A stretch of DNA of 63,967 nt, filler included. It is 5 parts of 5 records of this genome, joined end to end, with 100 filler letters (N's around TTAATTAATTAA, not from the genome) between each part and the next. Parts side by side here need not be neighbours in the genome. Positions count along the whole stretch, not along the records: positions 17,677 to 37,885 come from SRR22947725_1545; 4 more parts are not named here. One strand, written 5' to 3'. Every line of letters begins with the position of its first letter. Position 1 is the first letter of the stretch. The position numbers were made by a program, and so were the translations under genes. The notes under the pieces are model-generated. The model ran no database searches. It had not been told where the DNA came from and saw nothing but the letters and a program-made list of their open reading frames with translations. Positions 18,486 through 28,838 of the stretch are shown one piece after another.

Positions 18486-19039
18486 CGAACAAACTTCCAA
18501 GCAATTGGGAGCAGGGTCGCGGCCGCTACGGCCTTGATTGCATCTCCAACCAAGAATGGCGCAACTCCTGCGGCCAGAGCCTGGGGGAGTGTAAGCCCAA
18601 GACCCACCACTAGCCAGCCAGCACCAAGCACATAGATGATTGCGCTACCGATGGCAAATGAAGCGGCAACTCTGATTGGGGTCGTTGAAAAACCTCGTGC
18701 GGCAAGCGCTCCGACAACGAAGCCAGCAACCACGAATCCGACTAGGTAGCCGGCCGTTGGTAGCACAGCGGTCAGCGCCTTAGCACCCGCGAAAACTGGT
18801 AGCCCAGCTGCGCCCATTGCAAGATAGACGCCCATAGATGCAGCGCCTCTTGAGGCACCAAGGGTTGCAGCTACTAGCAGCACGGCAAAGGTCTGAAGGG
18901 TCATGGGGACCGGATACATCGGAATCTGAACCTGGGCGGCAAGCGCGGTTAGAGCGGCTCCCGAGAAAACTAGCGCCACGTCGTTTACACGCGTGCGGGG
19001 GACAATCCTGTCAACCAGGGTGGCAGTTGCAATGGACAT
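18482..19039 (-). CDS. bioY: Biotin transporter BioY
   Basis: PVPMTLQT, GLPVFAG, PTAGYLVGF, PFLVGD. Confidence 0.92.
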   Translation of the reverse strand: MSIATATLVDRIVPRTRVNDVALVFSGAALTALAAQVQIPMYPVPMTLQTFAVLLVAATLGASRGAASMGVYLAMGAAGLPVFAGAKALTAVLPTAGYLVGFVVAGFVVGALAARGFSTTPIRVAASFAIGSAIIYVLGAGWLVVGLGLTLPQALAAGVAPFLVGDAIKAVAAATLLPIAWKFVR

Positions 19040-19065
19040 CTGATTCCTTCCGATTGCTAGGAAGT

Positions 19066-19878
19066 TTACTGGTTCAAATCCTCATACTCGGCATCTATTA
19101 CGGCCTGGGTGCGCTTTTGCTGCTTCGGCTCAAGAAGCCCAGCCTCTTCGAGTCTGATCCGCCGGTCATTGCGTAAAGCCCAGAAAAAGGCTGCGAAAGC
19201 CATGACTCCGAAGATGATCCACTGGATTGCATAGGACAGGTGATTTCCCTCGTTGAGAGTCGGCTTGGGCATTGGGAAGGGGGCATCTTGATAGCTGGGC
19301 TGCTCTGTCACCACACGTCCATAGTGCTCCTCAATGACCTCTCCCGCCTCTGCAAATCGCTCTGCTAGCCGCGGCAAGTCAATGGAGGCGATCTGGCCTG
19401 GCACGTCCTCGCGGTTTAGATCAGGCTCTGAGACTCTCAGCCTTAGCGTGAGGCTGTGTTCGCCGCCAGTGGGCAGCGGATTTGAATCCGGGGTGACAAG
19501 CTCAGAGGATGCGAAGAGCCAGCCTCTTTCGATGATCAATAGCTCTCCTGATGGCAACCTGAGCGGAACCAGCTGAAGAAAGCCTGGTTGGCCATTTAGC
19601 GGCCTGTTTCTAACAACGGTTGCCAATTCGGGTAGATAGGTCCCGGTGACCTCAACAGGCGTCCACTCCTGATCAGAGGTGCCGTCGGGATTTATGACCC
19701 AGTCAATGTCGGAATAGGGGACCGGTTTGAGGTCGTAGTTCTGAATGACCTGGTCAATTCGCTCGACTCTCTCGGCTCGTCTGGAGAACTGCCACCAGCT
19801 CAACAGTGAAGTCGCGATTGCAAAAAGCAGCACAAGTGCGAGCCAGGGGCCCCACCTTCTAATCGTGCTTTGCTTCAA
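19066..19878 (-). CDS. SURF1 family protein
   Basis: LSWWQFSR, ERGW, GNHLSYAIQW; two TMs. Confidence 0.9.
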   Translation of the reverse strand: MKQSTIRRWGPWLALVLLFAIATSLLSWWQFSRRAERVERIDQVIQNYDLKPVPYSDIDWVINPDGTSDQEWTPVEVTGTYLPELATVVRNRPLNGQPGFLQLVPLRLPSGELLIIERGWLFASSELVTPDSNPLPTGGEHSLTLRLRVSEPDLNREDVPGQIASIDLPRLAERFAEAGEVIEEHYGRVVTEQPSYQDAPFPMPKPTLNEGNHLSYAIQWIIFGVMAFAAFFWALRNDRRIRLEEAGLLEPKQQKRTQAVIDAEYEDLNQ

Positions 19879-20056
19879 TGACCTTTGTCCCTAGGAAGAA
19901 GTTTCTTGCAGATAGATAGTCAACCAGAAAGCTCAAATGCTCATCACAGGCTGCCCAGGTCTTGGTGCGGCCGGAGGTGTGGATCTTGGGGTTAGCCCAC
20001 TCGATGAGTGAAGTGGCAGCAGCACCACACCCTGCCCTAGAGCACTTAGCGGTCAT
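19859..20056 (-). CDS. Small conserved actinobacterial Cys/His (putative Zn-binding) protein
   Basis: CSRAGC...WANPKIH...WAACDEH...YLSAR; coupled to both neighbours. Confidence 0.7.
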   Translation of the reverse strand: MTAKCSRAGCGAAATSLIEWANPKIHTSGRTKTWAACDEHLSFLVDYLSARNFFLGTKVIEAKHD

Positions 20057-20339
20057 CGCCTAGTTTGATCTCGCTCGCGTTCACCGAAAGCTTTGGAGCA
20101 ATGACTCCAGATTGACCCCTGGAGCGGCTTGGTCCCTGGGCGTTTGCCAGCACCACCGCGAAATAGGGCAAGAAGATCGCTCCAGCGAAGAAAAACCACA
20201 TCCAAAATCCCTGGGTCACGACTCCGAGAATGATGCAGAGCGTTCTAATCGACATCGCAATCGAATATCGAATCATTCGTTGCTTGCGCTCTTCGTCCGG
20301 AGAGAGCTCCAGCGAAGTTACGCTTTGCCGTTTTGCCAA
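20046..20339 (-). CDS. DUF3099 family membrane protein
   Basis: RMIRYSIAMSIRTLC, LPYFAVVLAN; TTG start after AGGA-like SD chosen. Confidence 0.8.
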   Translation of the reverse strand: MAKRQSVTSLELSPDEERKQRMIRYSIAMSIRTLCIILGVVTQGFWMWFFFAGAIFLPYFAVVLANAQGPSRSRGQSGVIAPKLSVNASEIKLGDDR

Positions 20340-20422
20340 AGGGGTTCCTGACCTTGAAATTACTAGACTGTGGTATTCATAACGCCAGAGATGCGATGGT
20401 ATTCCCGCAAGGAGATGAAAAG

Positions 20423-21133
20423 ATGCCGCAACCAAGGACTGTTCTTGTCACCGGTGGCAATCGTGGCATTGGTTATGCGATTGCAGCAGAATTCGTCGCT
20501 CAGGGACACCGAGTTGCCGTCACCGCCCGCAGCGGAGCGGGCCCCGCTGGTTCGCTTTCGGTGAGCGCAGATGTGACCGACTCCGAATCGCTAGATGCCG
20601 CCATCGCAAAGGTTGAGGCAGAACTAGGTCCAATCGAGGTAGTTGTCGCAAACGCCGGCATCACCAAGGACACTCTGCTGATGCGGATGAGCGATGAAGA
20701 ATTTGAGGCCGTAATCAATACCAACCTCACCGGCGTCTTTCGAGTTGTTAAGCGAGTAACCAAGTCGATGTTGCGCGCAAAATACGGGCGCGTGGTGCTG
20801 ATTGGATCGGTAGTTGGGCTATTGGGCAGCGCCGGACAGGTGAACTACTCGGCAGCGAAGAGCGCGCTTGTTGGAATGGCACGAAGCATCACACGTGAGC
20901 TTGGCGGCAAGAACATCACCGCCAACGTGGTGGCGCCTGGATTTATCGATACCGACATGACTGCCGAGCTTGGCGAGGATCTTGCGGCAAAGTACCGCTC
21001 CCAGATTCCAGCCGGAAGATTTGCCTCCCCTGAAGAAGTGGCAAAGGTTGTTGCCTGGGTGGCAAGCGAGGATGCAAGCTACATTTCCGGTGCGGTAATT
21101 CCGGTAGATGGTGGCCTGGGAATGGGTCACTAG
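20423..21133 (+). CDS. fabG: 3-oxoacyl-ACP reductase
   Basis: TGGNRGIG, NAGIT, YSAAK, PGFIDTDMT, VDGGLGMGH. Confidence 0.93.
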   Translation: MPQPRTVLVTGGNRGIGYAIAAEFVAQGHRVAVTARSGAGPAGSLSVSADVTDSESLDAAIAKVEAELGPIEVVVANAGITKDTLLMRMSDEEFEAVINTNLTGVFRVVKRVTKSMLRAKYGRVVLIGSVVGLLGSAGQVNYSAAKSALVGMARSITRELGGKNITANVVAPGFIDTDMTAELGEDLAAKYRSQIPAGRFASPEEVAKVVAWVASEDASYISGAVIPVDGGLGMGH

Positions 21134-21165
21134 GTAGTAGTTTTTAGCAAAGGGTAGGAGACGCA

Positions 21166-21933
21166 TTGGGAATCTTAGAGGGCAAAAAAGTCCTAATCAC
21201 GGGAGTTTTAACTGAGGCATCAATCGCCTTCTCGGCTGCAAGACTTGCCCAGGAGCAGGGTGCGGAGGTACTGCTCAGCTCGTTCGGAAGAATGCTACCC
21301 ATCACCACAAAGATTGCCGAGCGCCTTCCGAAGCCAGCTGAGGTCATCGAGCTCGATGCGACAAACGCAGAGCACCTGGCGAATCTTCCAGGGCTAGTCA
21401 AAGAGAAGCTTGGCTCCCTAGATGGCATTGTCCACGCCATCGCATTTGCTCCGCAGAGCGCCCTTGGCGGAAACTTCATGGAGACCGGCTGGGAGGACGT
21501 CTCAACCGCCGTTGAGGTCTCTGCATACTCCCTAAAGTCCATCACCACAGCTTGCATGCCTGTCCTCAACAACCCCAGCTCAGTAGTTGGGCTCACCTTT
21601 GACGCCACCGTCTCCTGGCCGGTCTACGACTGGATGGGCGTGGCAAAGGCCGCGTTTGAGTCGACCTCGCGCTACCTAGCACGCTACGTGGGGGAGCACG
21701 GTGTGAGGGTTAACCTAATCTCTGCGGGACCGCTTAGGACTACAGCCGCCAAAGGCATTCCTGGCTTTGCGACCATGGAAGAGCTCTGGACTGGAAGGGC
21801 GCCGCTTGGTTGGGACCTAACCGATACCGAGGCTGCGGCTAAGGGTCTGGTGGCTCTTCTCAGCGACTGGTTCCCCGCCACAACTGGAGAGATGATTCAC
21901 GTTGATGGTGGTCTTCACTCCACCGGCGCCTAG
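21166..21933 (+). CDS. fabI: Enoyl-ACP reductase (InhA-type)
   Basis: ITGVLTEASIAF, YDWMGVAKAA, SAGPLRT, HVDGG. Confidence 0.93.
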   Translation: MGILEGKKVLITGVLTEASIAFSAARLAQEQGAEVLLSSFGRMLPITTKIAERLPKPAEVIELDATNAEHLANLPGLVKEKLGSLDGIVHAIAFAPQSALGGNFMETGWEDVSTAVEVSAYSLKSITTACMPVLNNPSSVVGLTFDATVSWPVYDWMGVAKAAFESTSRYLARYVGEHGVRVNLISAGPLRTTAAKGIPGFATMEELWTGRAPLGWDLTDTEAAAKGLVALLSDWFPATTGEMIHVDGGLHSTGA

Positions 21934-22559
21934 GGGAGTAGCTCGATAACCTTCGTAAGGTCTCGCTCGTCGATTACGACATCGGCACCCTCGCGCACTA
22001 CTGGCTTTGCACAAAATGCCACGGACAATCCGGCAATCGCCATCATTCCTAGATCATTTGCACCATCACCAATGGCGAATGTTCTCTCTAGCGGGATGTC
22101 ATTCTCTTCGGCCCAGAGCTTGAGAAATTTAGCCTTAGCCTCGCGATTTACCAGCTCACCAACAACCTCACCGGTGAGCTTGCCATTCTCAACTCCCAGA
22201 GTGTTGGCCTGCGCATAGTCGAGATTGAGCTCACGCTTCAAACCAGTTAGAAGCTGGATGAAGCCTCCTGATACGGCCGCGGCCTTGCCGCCTCTTATGT
22301 GAATCTCTTGAATTAGCTCGATCGCACCTTTGGTTGGAGTGAGGCTTTTTGCGGTTTGCTCAAGTACCGACTCAGGAAGGCCTTTCAAGGTCGCGACCCG
22401 CTCAATCAGAGATGTGGAGAAATCAATCTCACCTCGCATCGAGCGCTCTGTTATCTCGGCTACCTTCTCCCGATTACCCGAGTGTTCTGCGAGCAGCTCA
22501 ATTGCTTCTTCGTTGATGAGGGTGGAATCGACATCAAAAACTACTAGGAAGCTGGTCAA
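21930..22559 (-). CDS. serB: Phosphoserine phosphatase
   Basis: FDVDSTL, VSGGF, GDGANDL, FCAKP. Confidence 0.92.
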   Translation of the reverse strand: MTSFLVVFDVDSTLINEEAIELLAEHSGNREKVAEITERSMRGEIDFSTSLIERVATLKGLPESVLEQTAKSLTPTKGAIELIQEIHIRGGKAAAVSGGFIQLLTGLKRELNLDYAQANTLGVENGKLTGEVVGELVNREAKAKFLKLWAEENDIPLERTFAIGDGANDLGMMAIAGLSVAFCAKPVVREGADVVIDERDLTKVIELLP

Positions 22560-23797
22560 GGTGTTACCAAGATGCCCTTCGGAACGACCGTCAGGCCGGA
22601 CTCGGTGACGGTAAATCCGCGCTCGAGGTCGCGCTCCCGGTTGACCCCAATGCTCGCCCCGTCTGCTACCACGACGTTCTTGTCCAAAATGGCCTTGCGT
22701 ATTGTGCAGTCTCTGCCCACCTGCACGGCATCCAACAGCACCGAATCAGTGACCAACGAACGCGAGCCCACCCTGACGATTGGGGAGAGCACGCTTCTTT
22801 CAACAATTCCGCCTGTCACAACAACACCGAGCGAAACGATGGAGTCGTTGGTGCGCCCCTGATTACCCTCTGAGTCGTGGATGAACTTGGCCGGTGGCAT
22901 GTTGATCTGCTGGTTGAACACCGGCCAGTCGGAGTTGTAGAGATTAAAAATAGGCATGGTTGAGATCAGGTCCATGTGGGCTTCGTAGTAGGAATCTATG
23001 GTTCCAACATCTCGCCAGTAGGACTTGTCTCTGTCGGTGGCTCCGGGAATCTCGTTGAACGTGAAGTCGTAGACACCACATTTCCCAGCATCCACAAAGG
23101 CTGGGATGATGTCTCCACCCATATCGTGGGATGAGCTCTCGTTGTCTCCATCGCGTTGAATCGCGTCGATGAGGGCCTCAGCGTTGAAAATGTAGTTACC
23201 CATCGAAACCAGGGCCTGAGAATCAACTCCTGGAACGGGCTTTGGGTCGCTGGGCTTTTCCCTAAAAGCCGAGATCTTCCCTGGACTCTTCTCGTCCACT
23301 TCGATGACTCCAAACTGGCTTGCCAGCGAGATGGGCTGCCTAATGGCAGCCACGCTTGCCTCCATGCCGGATTCGATGTGAGCCTGGAGCATCTGATCGA
23401 AGTCCATTCGATAGACGTGATCCGCACCAACCACGACAACGTAGTCAGGACGCTCATCGCTGAGGGCGTTCATGGACTGGAGGATGGCATCGGCGCTGCC
23501 GGTGTACCAGCGCTTACCCAGTCTCTGCTGAGCGGGTATGGAGGCTACGTAGCCACCCAGCAGGGGCGACATGCGCCACGTCTGCGATATGTGCCTATCA
23601 AGAGAGTGCGACTTGTACTGAGTCAACACCACGATTCTTCTGAGTCCTGAATTGAGCAGGTTGGAAAGCGCGAAGTCAATTAGGCGATAGCTACCGGCAA
23701 AGGGGACAGCGGGTTTTGCGCGGTCTGCGGTGAGCGGCATCAACCTTTTTCCCTCGCCACCTGCGAGGACCATTCCGAAGACTCTTGCCACTGCCAT
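22556..23797 (-). CDS. glgC: Glucose-1-phosphate adenylyltransferase
   Basis: [32 protein letters not shown]. Confidence 0.96.
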   Translation of the reverse strand: MAVARVFGMVLAGGEGKRLMPLTADRAKPAVPFAGSYRLIDFALSNLLNSGLRRIVVLTQYKSHSLDRHISQTWRMSPLLGGYVASIPAQQRLGKRWYTGSADAILQSMNALSDERPDYVVVVGADHVYRMDFDQMLQAHIESGMEASVAAIRQPISLASQFGVIEVDEKSPGKISAFREKPSDPKPVPGVDSQALVSMGNYIFNAEALIDAIQRDGDNESSSHDMGGDIIPAFVDAGKCGVYDFTFNEIPGATDRDKSYWRDVGTIDSYYEAHMDLISTMPIFNLYNSDWPVFNQQINMPPAKFIHDSEGNQGRTNDSIVSLGVVVTGGIVERSVLSPIVRVGSRSLVTDSVLLDAVQVGRDCTIRKAILDKNVVVADGASIGVNRERDLERGFTVTESGLTVVPKGILVTP

Positions 23798-23847
23798 AGG
23801 CAAATGTTAGTTGCCTCAGCCTTTACCCGCACTAGCATTTGCCTATG
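23795..23847. promoter_or_regulatory. 17-bp inverted repeat forming mirror-image leaderless promoters of glgC and glgA
   Basis: CATAGGCAAATGTTAGT (23795-23811) versus ACTAGCATTTGCCTATG (23831-23847), 16/17 complementary; each arm is a TANNNT box + TTGCCT + ATG. Confidence 0.7.
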
Positions 23848-25029
23848 CGTGTGGATTTCGTTACCAAGGAGTACCCGCCAAATATCTACGGTGGAGCCGG
23901 TGTTCACGTCACCGAGTTGGTTTCGGTTCTTCGTGAGCGAATCGAGGCTCGGGTCCACGCTTTCGGAACCCCAATCGCTGAATCTCTGACCTACGGTTAC
24001 GAGGTTCCTGCTGCAATGCAAGGGGCAAACCCGGCACTCCAAACCATGGCAATAGACCTCGAGATAGTAAAGAACCTGGCTGGTGCTGACCTGGTCCACA
24101 GCCACACTTGGTATGCAAACTTTGCAGGTCACATCGGTTCCATGCTGAACTCGATACCCCACATCATCACCGCACACTCTCTGGAACCGCTAAGGCCCTG
24201 GAAGCGCGAGCAGCTCGGTGGCGGCTACGAGGTTTCCTCCTTCATTGAGCAAAGTGCCTACGAGCAGGCAACACGTATCATCGCTGTCTCCGCAGGCATG
24301 CGTGCCGACATTCTCACTTCCTACCCGCAGCTCGATGCGAAAAAGGTGGAGGTAGTTCACAACGGCATCGACTCGAACAAGTGGCAACCAACCATTGATG
24401 AAGATCTCCTGAGGCACCACAGCATTGACCCGAACCGACCAATTGTTAGCTTCGTCGGCCGCATCACCAGGCAGAAGGGCCTCACCTATTTCCTCAGGGC
24501 AGCAAGAGCACTTCCCAAGGACGTCCAGCTGGTGCTCTGCGCTGGCGCTCCCGATACCCCAGAAATTCTCTCTGAGGTGGAGCAGCTGGTTGCTGAGCTA
24601 AAGCGAGAACGCGATGGCGTTGTATGGATTCCAGAACACCTGCCCCAAAAGCAGCTTGCGGCAATTTTGACCGCTACCGATTTGTTCGTCTGCCCCTCGA
24701 TCTATGAGCCGCTTGGCATCGTGAACCTAGAGGCCATGGCTTGTGGTGCTGCCGTTATCGCCACCGCAACCGGAGGAATTCCAGAGGTCGTGGTTCCTGG
24801 AGAAACCGGCTGGCTGGTTCCAATCGATCAGGTGACCGACGGCAGTGGGACTCCTAAGGAGCCAGAGAAATTCATCAGCGCTTTTGCTGGCGCTTTGGTT
24901 TCAGCCATCGAGTCTGAGAACCTTGAAAAGTTCGGCAAAGCCGGTAGAAAACGTGCAATTGATGAATTTAGCTGGGAGACCATTGCGACTCGCACGCTAG
25001 AGGTCTATAACCAAGCCCTGCAGGGCTAG
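23845..25029 (+). CDS. glgA: Actinobacterial GlgA/GlgM (ADP-glucose-dependent maltose-1-phosphate/glycogen synthase)
   Basis: EYPPNIYGGAGVHV, HSHTWY, GRITRQKG, YEPLGIVNLEAM; divergent from glgC. Confidence 0.92.
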   Translation: MRVDFVTKEYPPNIYGGAGVHVTELVSVLRERIEARVHAFGTPIAESLTYGYEVPAAMQGANPALQTMAIDLEIVKNLAGADLVHSHTWYANFAGHIGSMLNSIPHIITAHSLEPLRPWKREQLGGGYEVSSFIEQSAYEQATRIIAVSAGMRADILTSYPQLDAKKVEVVHNGIDSNKWQPTIDEDLLRHHSIDPNRPIVSFVGRITRQKGLTYFLRAARALPKDVQLVLCAGAPDTPEILSEVEQLVAELKRERDGVVWIPEHLPQKQLAAILTATDLFVCPSIYEPLGIVNLEAMACGAAVIATATGGIPEVVVPGETGWLVPIDQVTDGSGTPKEPEKFISAFAGALVSAIESENLEKFGKAGRKRAIDEFSWETIATRTLEVYNQALQG

Positions 25030-25039
25030 GATTTTGCCG

Positions 25040-25822
25040 ATGGCAAAGGTAATTGATCTTCAGAATGTAGTTGTAAAGCGCTCAAACAGGGAGATCCTGA
25101 AGGCCATCAACCTATCTCTCGATGCCTCCGAGCGCTGGGTAATTCTTGGGCCCAATGGAGCTGGAAAAACTACCCTGCTAAGGGTTCTGGCAGCGCAGAT
25201 TCAACCCAGCTCAGGCAAGGCCATGATCCTCGATGAGAACCTGGGCGAGGTCAATGTTTTTGAACTGCGCACCCGAATCGGATTCGCATCAAGCGCGCTT
25301 GCTGCACAAATACCAAACAGTGAGAGCGTCCTAAACGCAGTGATGACCGCAAGTTATGGAATCACAGGACGCTGGCGCGAGGAATACGATGCAATAGATG
25401 AGCGCAGGGCAAGAAGAGTCTTGGCCGAGTGGCAGCTAAGTGAGTTTGAAGACCGCCCAATCGGAACCCTTAGCGACGGCGAGAAAAAGCGCGTTCAAAT
25501 CGCAAGGTCGATAATGACCGACCCCGAGCTGTTGCTGCTCGACGAACCGGTTGCAAGTTTGGACATGGCAGCGCGCGAGCAGACCATTAGCCTGCTTTCT
25601 GGTTATGCCATGTCGGCAACAGCACCTGCGATGGCAATGGTCACCCACCACATTGAAGAAATCCCTGCCGGGTTCACGCACGCGCTTCTTTTGCAGGACG
25701 GGGGAGTGGTTGCGCGGGGAGAAATCGCAAGCACCTTGACTTCAGAGGCGATCTCCGAGACCTTCAGATACCCACTAAAAGTAACGCGGGAAGACGGTCG
25801 CTTTAGGGCAACCGCACGCTAG
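25040..25822 (+). CDS. ABC transporter ATP-binding protein
   Basis: GPNGAGKTT, LSDGEKKR, LLLDEP, VTHH. Confidence 0.9.
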   Translation: MAKVIDLQNVVVKRSNREILKAINLSLDASERWVILGPNGAGKTTLLRVLAAQIQPSSGKAMILDENLGEVNVFELRTRIGFASSALAAQIPNSESVLNAVMTASYGITGRWREEYDAIDERRARRVLAEWQLSEFEDRPIGTLSDGEKKRVQIARSIMTDPELLLLDEPVASLDMAAREQTISLLSGYAMSATAPAMAMVTHHIEEIPAGFTHALLLQDGGVVARGEIASTLTSEAISETFRYPLKVTREDGRFRATAR

Positions 25823-25893
25823 CGCTGGGGAATCGAATCTGCTAGGCTTTGGCGCTGTTGCTCAAAGCAACGAAACTCACAAAAAAGGAAATC

Positions 25894-26142
25894 ATGAAGG
25901 CTGATATTCACCCAAGCTACGGACAGGTCATCTTCCGCGACCTAGCGTCCGGCGTTGCCTTTCTAACCCGTTCCACCCTCACCAGCGACAAGACAATGGA
26001 GTGGGAAGACGGAAACACCTACCCGGTCTATGACGTTGAGATCAGCTCCGCTAGCCACCCGTTCTACACAGGCAAGCAGCGCATCATGGACTCCGCAGGT
26101 AGGGTCGAGCGCTTCAACGAGCGCTACAAGAACTTCGGCTAA
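25894..26142 (+). CDS. rpmE2: 50S ribosomal protein L31 type B (Zn-free)
   Basis: MKADIHP...[26 protein letters not shown]; no Cys; AAGGA SD upstream. Confidence 0.95.
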   Translation: MKADIHPSYGQVIFRDLASGVAFLTRSTLTSDKTMEWEDGNTYPVYDVEISSASHPFYTGKQRIMDSAGRVERFNERYKNFG

Positions 26143-26846
26143 TTCTTTATTGGCCAACCCAATTCCGCCCGGAAATCCGGGCGGTTTTGCTTTTTAAGGA
26201 ACTCCTGCATCGATAGCTGCCACTCGTCGGCCCAACGAGCCTGAAGGTCGTGGAGCTCGCCGAGATCGATGTCAAGCTCCGGGTATTTTGCGGCCATCCG
26301 CTGAGCAAGCTGGCCAGCAGCAACAGCATCTGCGGTTGAGTTGTGGGCATCGGAAAGTTCGACTTTGTAGATTGCCGTCAAAGTCGCAAGATTCTTTTTG
26401 CCACTGCGGTACCTCTCAAGCTTCCGATCTATAACTAGTGGGTCGATCACGGGCTTTGGGTCAAGTGGCTCGAGCGAGTACCTCAGGGCTTCTGAGCGCA
26501 GGATGCTGAAGTCATAGGAGGCATTGAAGGCAACCAGAGGCATCTCAAGGTTCAGGCTTCTCAGTAGCTCGACAATCTCTCGGACAGAGCTAGCCGGTTC
26601 AACGCCTTTTTCCCTTGCCACCTCCGTGGTCACACCATGGACTCGGCTTGCCGCCTCAGGGATCTCGATGCCGGGGTTTACAAGCCACTCGGAGACGCTC
26701 TCGGTCTCACCGTTTTGATTGATGACCGCGACACACGCGGTCACAATCCTTGAGGTATTCAAATCCAGACCCGTGGTCTCCAGGTCAAATACCGCCAGGC
26801 GCTTGGCCCAGGCTGGCATCTGGGGGTCAAAGTCAAAATCGAGCAA
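26139..26846 (-). CDS. DnaQ-like (DEDDh) 3'-5' exonuclease
   Basis: [26 protein letters not shown]. Confidence 0.9.
   Translation of the reverse strand: MLDFDFDPQMPAWAKRLAVFDLETTGLDLNTSRIVTACVAVINQNGETESVSEWLVNPGIEIPEAASRVHGVTTEVAREKGVEPASSVREIVELLRSLNLEMPLVAFNASYDFSILRSEALRYSLEPLDPKPVIDPLVIDRKLERYRSGKKNLATLTAIYKVELSDAHNSTADAVAAGQLAQRMAAKYPELDIDLGELHDLQARWADEWQLSMQEFLKKQNRPDFRAELGWPIKN
26165..26195 (+). terminator. Intrinsic terminator of rpmE2, inside the antisense exonuclease CDS
   Basis: CCGCCCGG-AAAT-CCGGGCGG followed by TTTTGCTTTTT. Confidence 0.75.
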
Positions 26847-26904
26847 GTTCTTAATCTCCTGAGAGCACCCTATTGCAGGGCTTAGAGGAACCTAGACTTG
26901 TGCC

Positions 26905-27756
26905 GTGCAGGTGTTGAAAAGTTCTCCGCAAAGCCTTTTTAGGCTTGCCAAACTAAGGCTCAAACGTAGAGATGTCGGTTCAACCGCCACCTGGCACCTT
27001 GGTGACGGCGGGCCGCGAGTTCTCCTTATTCACGGCTTTCGAGGCGATCACCACGGACTTCTTGGGGTGGCGGGAGCTCTGCCACAGGTGCGATTTACAA
27101 TTCCCGACCTTCCAGGGTTTGGAAAGACTCCGGCTTTGGACTCTGAGCACAACCTCGATAACTACGCAAGCTGGCTAGTTGATTTCGTGAAGGCCTCCGG
27201 TGGCTATGACCTGATTCTCGGTCACAGCTTTGGCTCGCTTGTTGTTGCATCCGCATGTAGCCAAGGCCTGGAAATCGAGAAAGTCGCCCTGCAAAACCCC
27301 ATCACGACTCGCGCTAGCGAAGCTGGCTCGAAAGCTAACAAACTTGCCGACCGCTACTACGAACTCGGATCCCGCGAAGGCTCGAACCTCCTTACATCAC
27401 AGGCGGTGGTTAGAGGCATGTCAGTCGCGCTTGCAAAGACCAAGAACCCAGGCGTCAGAAGGTTTATCCATAAACAGCACTCCAGCTACTTTTCGGTTTT
27501 CGAGAGCAACCGAGTGGTCGCAGAGGGTTATCGGGCAGCTAGAGGCGGCAACGTTCTGGATTATGCCGAAACTCTCCCCACCAAGCTGCTTGCGATTGCG
27601 GGGGATAGGGACGTCGTAGCGCCTTTGCAGGGCCAGCTTGAGCTTGCAAGGGTGGCCGGGGCCGACCTTCGTATTCTCAGAGGCGTTGGGCACCTAACCC
27701 ACTACGAGCGACCTTCAGAGGTTGCCAGCCACCTAAGCGAATACCTGGTGGCCTAA
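26905..27756 (+). CDS. Alpha/beta hydrolase
   Basis: IHGFRG, DLPGFG, GHSFG, GDRD, GHLTHYE. Confidence 0.88.
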   Translation: MQVLKSSPQSLFRLAKLRLKRRDVGSTATWHLGDGGPRVLLIHGFRGDHHGLLGVAGALPQVRFTIPDLPGFGKTPALDSEHNLDNYASWLVDFVKASGGYDLILGHSFGSLVVASACSQGLEIEKVALQNPITTRASEAGSKANKLADRYYELGSREGSNLLTSQAVVRGMSVALAKTKNPGVRRFIHKQHSSYFSVFESNRVVAEGYRAARGGNVLDYAETLPTKLLAIAGDRDVVAPLQGQLELARVAGADLRILRGVGHLTHYERPSEVASHLSEYLVA

Positions 27757-28838
27757 TGGAGGGTATTTGGTTTGACGGCAGGTACATAAACCCAACCAAG
27801 CCAGATGGCATCACCAGCTTTTCCCTCGGGCTGATTGAAGAGGTGCTGAATCTGGCACCTCTTACGGTGATGGTCGACAGCCAAGGAAAGGCTGACCTGT
27901 TGCCAAAAAGCGACCAGCTTCGCATCTATTTCACCAACCCAGTTGCCTCACCGAAAGAGCTTTTTTCGACGCGAAGGCTAAACAAGGAGGGAATCAAGGT
28001 TTTGTTCTCTCCCATGCAAACGACCAGCGGCTTGGGAAGAAACTTCAAGCTGGTCTACACGCTCCACGACATGATCTACTATCGCCACCGCACTCCTCCC
28101 GCAAATTTCAATTTATTTATCCGCATCGTTTGGTTCTTGTATCACCTGAGCTACTGGCCACAGCGCAGACTTCTTAACCTCGCTGATGCTGTGGCAACCG
28201 TCTCGGAGACGACAAAGGACCAGATGCTCCTGCATCGACTTACGAAGCGGCCTATCTACGTCATCCACAACGCTGCCCAAGCCCCCGAGCGAGTCGAGAA
28301 GGCGAACCGCCATGATTCAAAGTTCTTGGTCTACATGGGCAGCTTCATTGGCTACAAAAACGTCGAGACGCTCATCAGAGGCATGCAGTACCTCTCAGAT
28401 CACACTCTTGTTCTGCTAAGCCGAATCACAGCTGAGCGCAAGGCAGAGCTGCAAGCCATTGCGGATGAGGTCGGGGCTGATGTGCGGTTTGAAAACGGTG
28501 TCACCAGGGACGAATACCACGAGTGGCTGCACGCAGCAAAGGCGCTGGTGAGCGCATCAATGGATGAGGGCTTTGGGATTCCTGTTGTTGAGGCAATGGA
28601 GCGCGGTTGTCCTGTAATTCTTAGCGACATCCCAATCTTCGATGAGGTTGCAGGCCCTGCCGGGCTGCGGTTTACGGCCACAGATGCGATTGCGTTCTCG
28701 GAGCAGGTGAAAAGACTTGGGGTAAAGCGAGACTGGAAGCTCCACAGCGATCTTGGCATGACTCAGGCCGAGTTCTTTACCTGGGAAGACAGTGCGGAAC
28801 TCTTTATTGAGCTTTGCGAGGAGCTAGCTGCTTCCTAA
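27756..28838 (+). CDS. GT-B glycosyltransferase (GT4)
   Basis: TLHD, YKNV, EGFGIPVVEAM. Confidence 0.88.
   Translation: MEGIWFDGRYINPTKPDGITSFSLGLIEEVLNLAPLTVMVDSQGKADLLPKSDQLRIYFTNPVASPKELFSTRRLNKEGIKVLFSPMQTTSGLGRNFKLVYTLHDMIYYRHRTPPANFNLFIRIVWFLYHLSYWPQRRLLNLADAVATVSETTKDQMLLHRLTKRPIYVIHNAAQAPERVEKANRHDSKFLVYMGSFIGYKNVETLIRGMQYLSDHTLVLLSRITAERKAELQAIADEVGADVRFENGVTRDEYHEWLHAAKALVSASMDEGFGIPVVEAMERGCPVILSDIPIFDEVAGPAGLRFTATDAIAFSEQVKRLGVKRDWKLHSDLGMTQAEFFTWEDSAELFIELCEELAAS

Noticed and set aside
25823-25893. Possible L31 autoregulatory leader RNA (hairpin GTTGCT-CAA-AGCAAC, 25857-25871)
   Set aside because: Only a 6-bp hairpin; cannot be supported without a covariance-model search.
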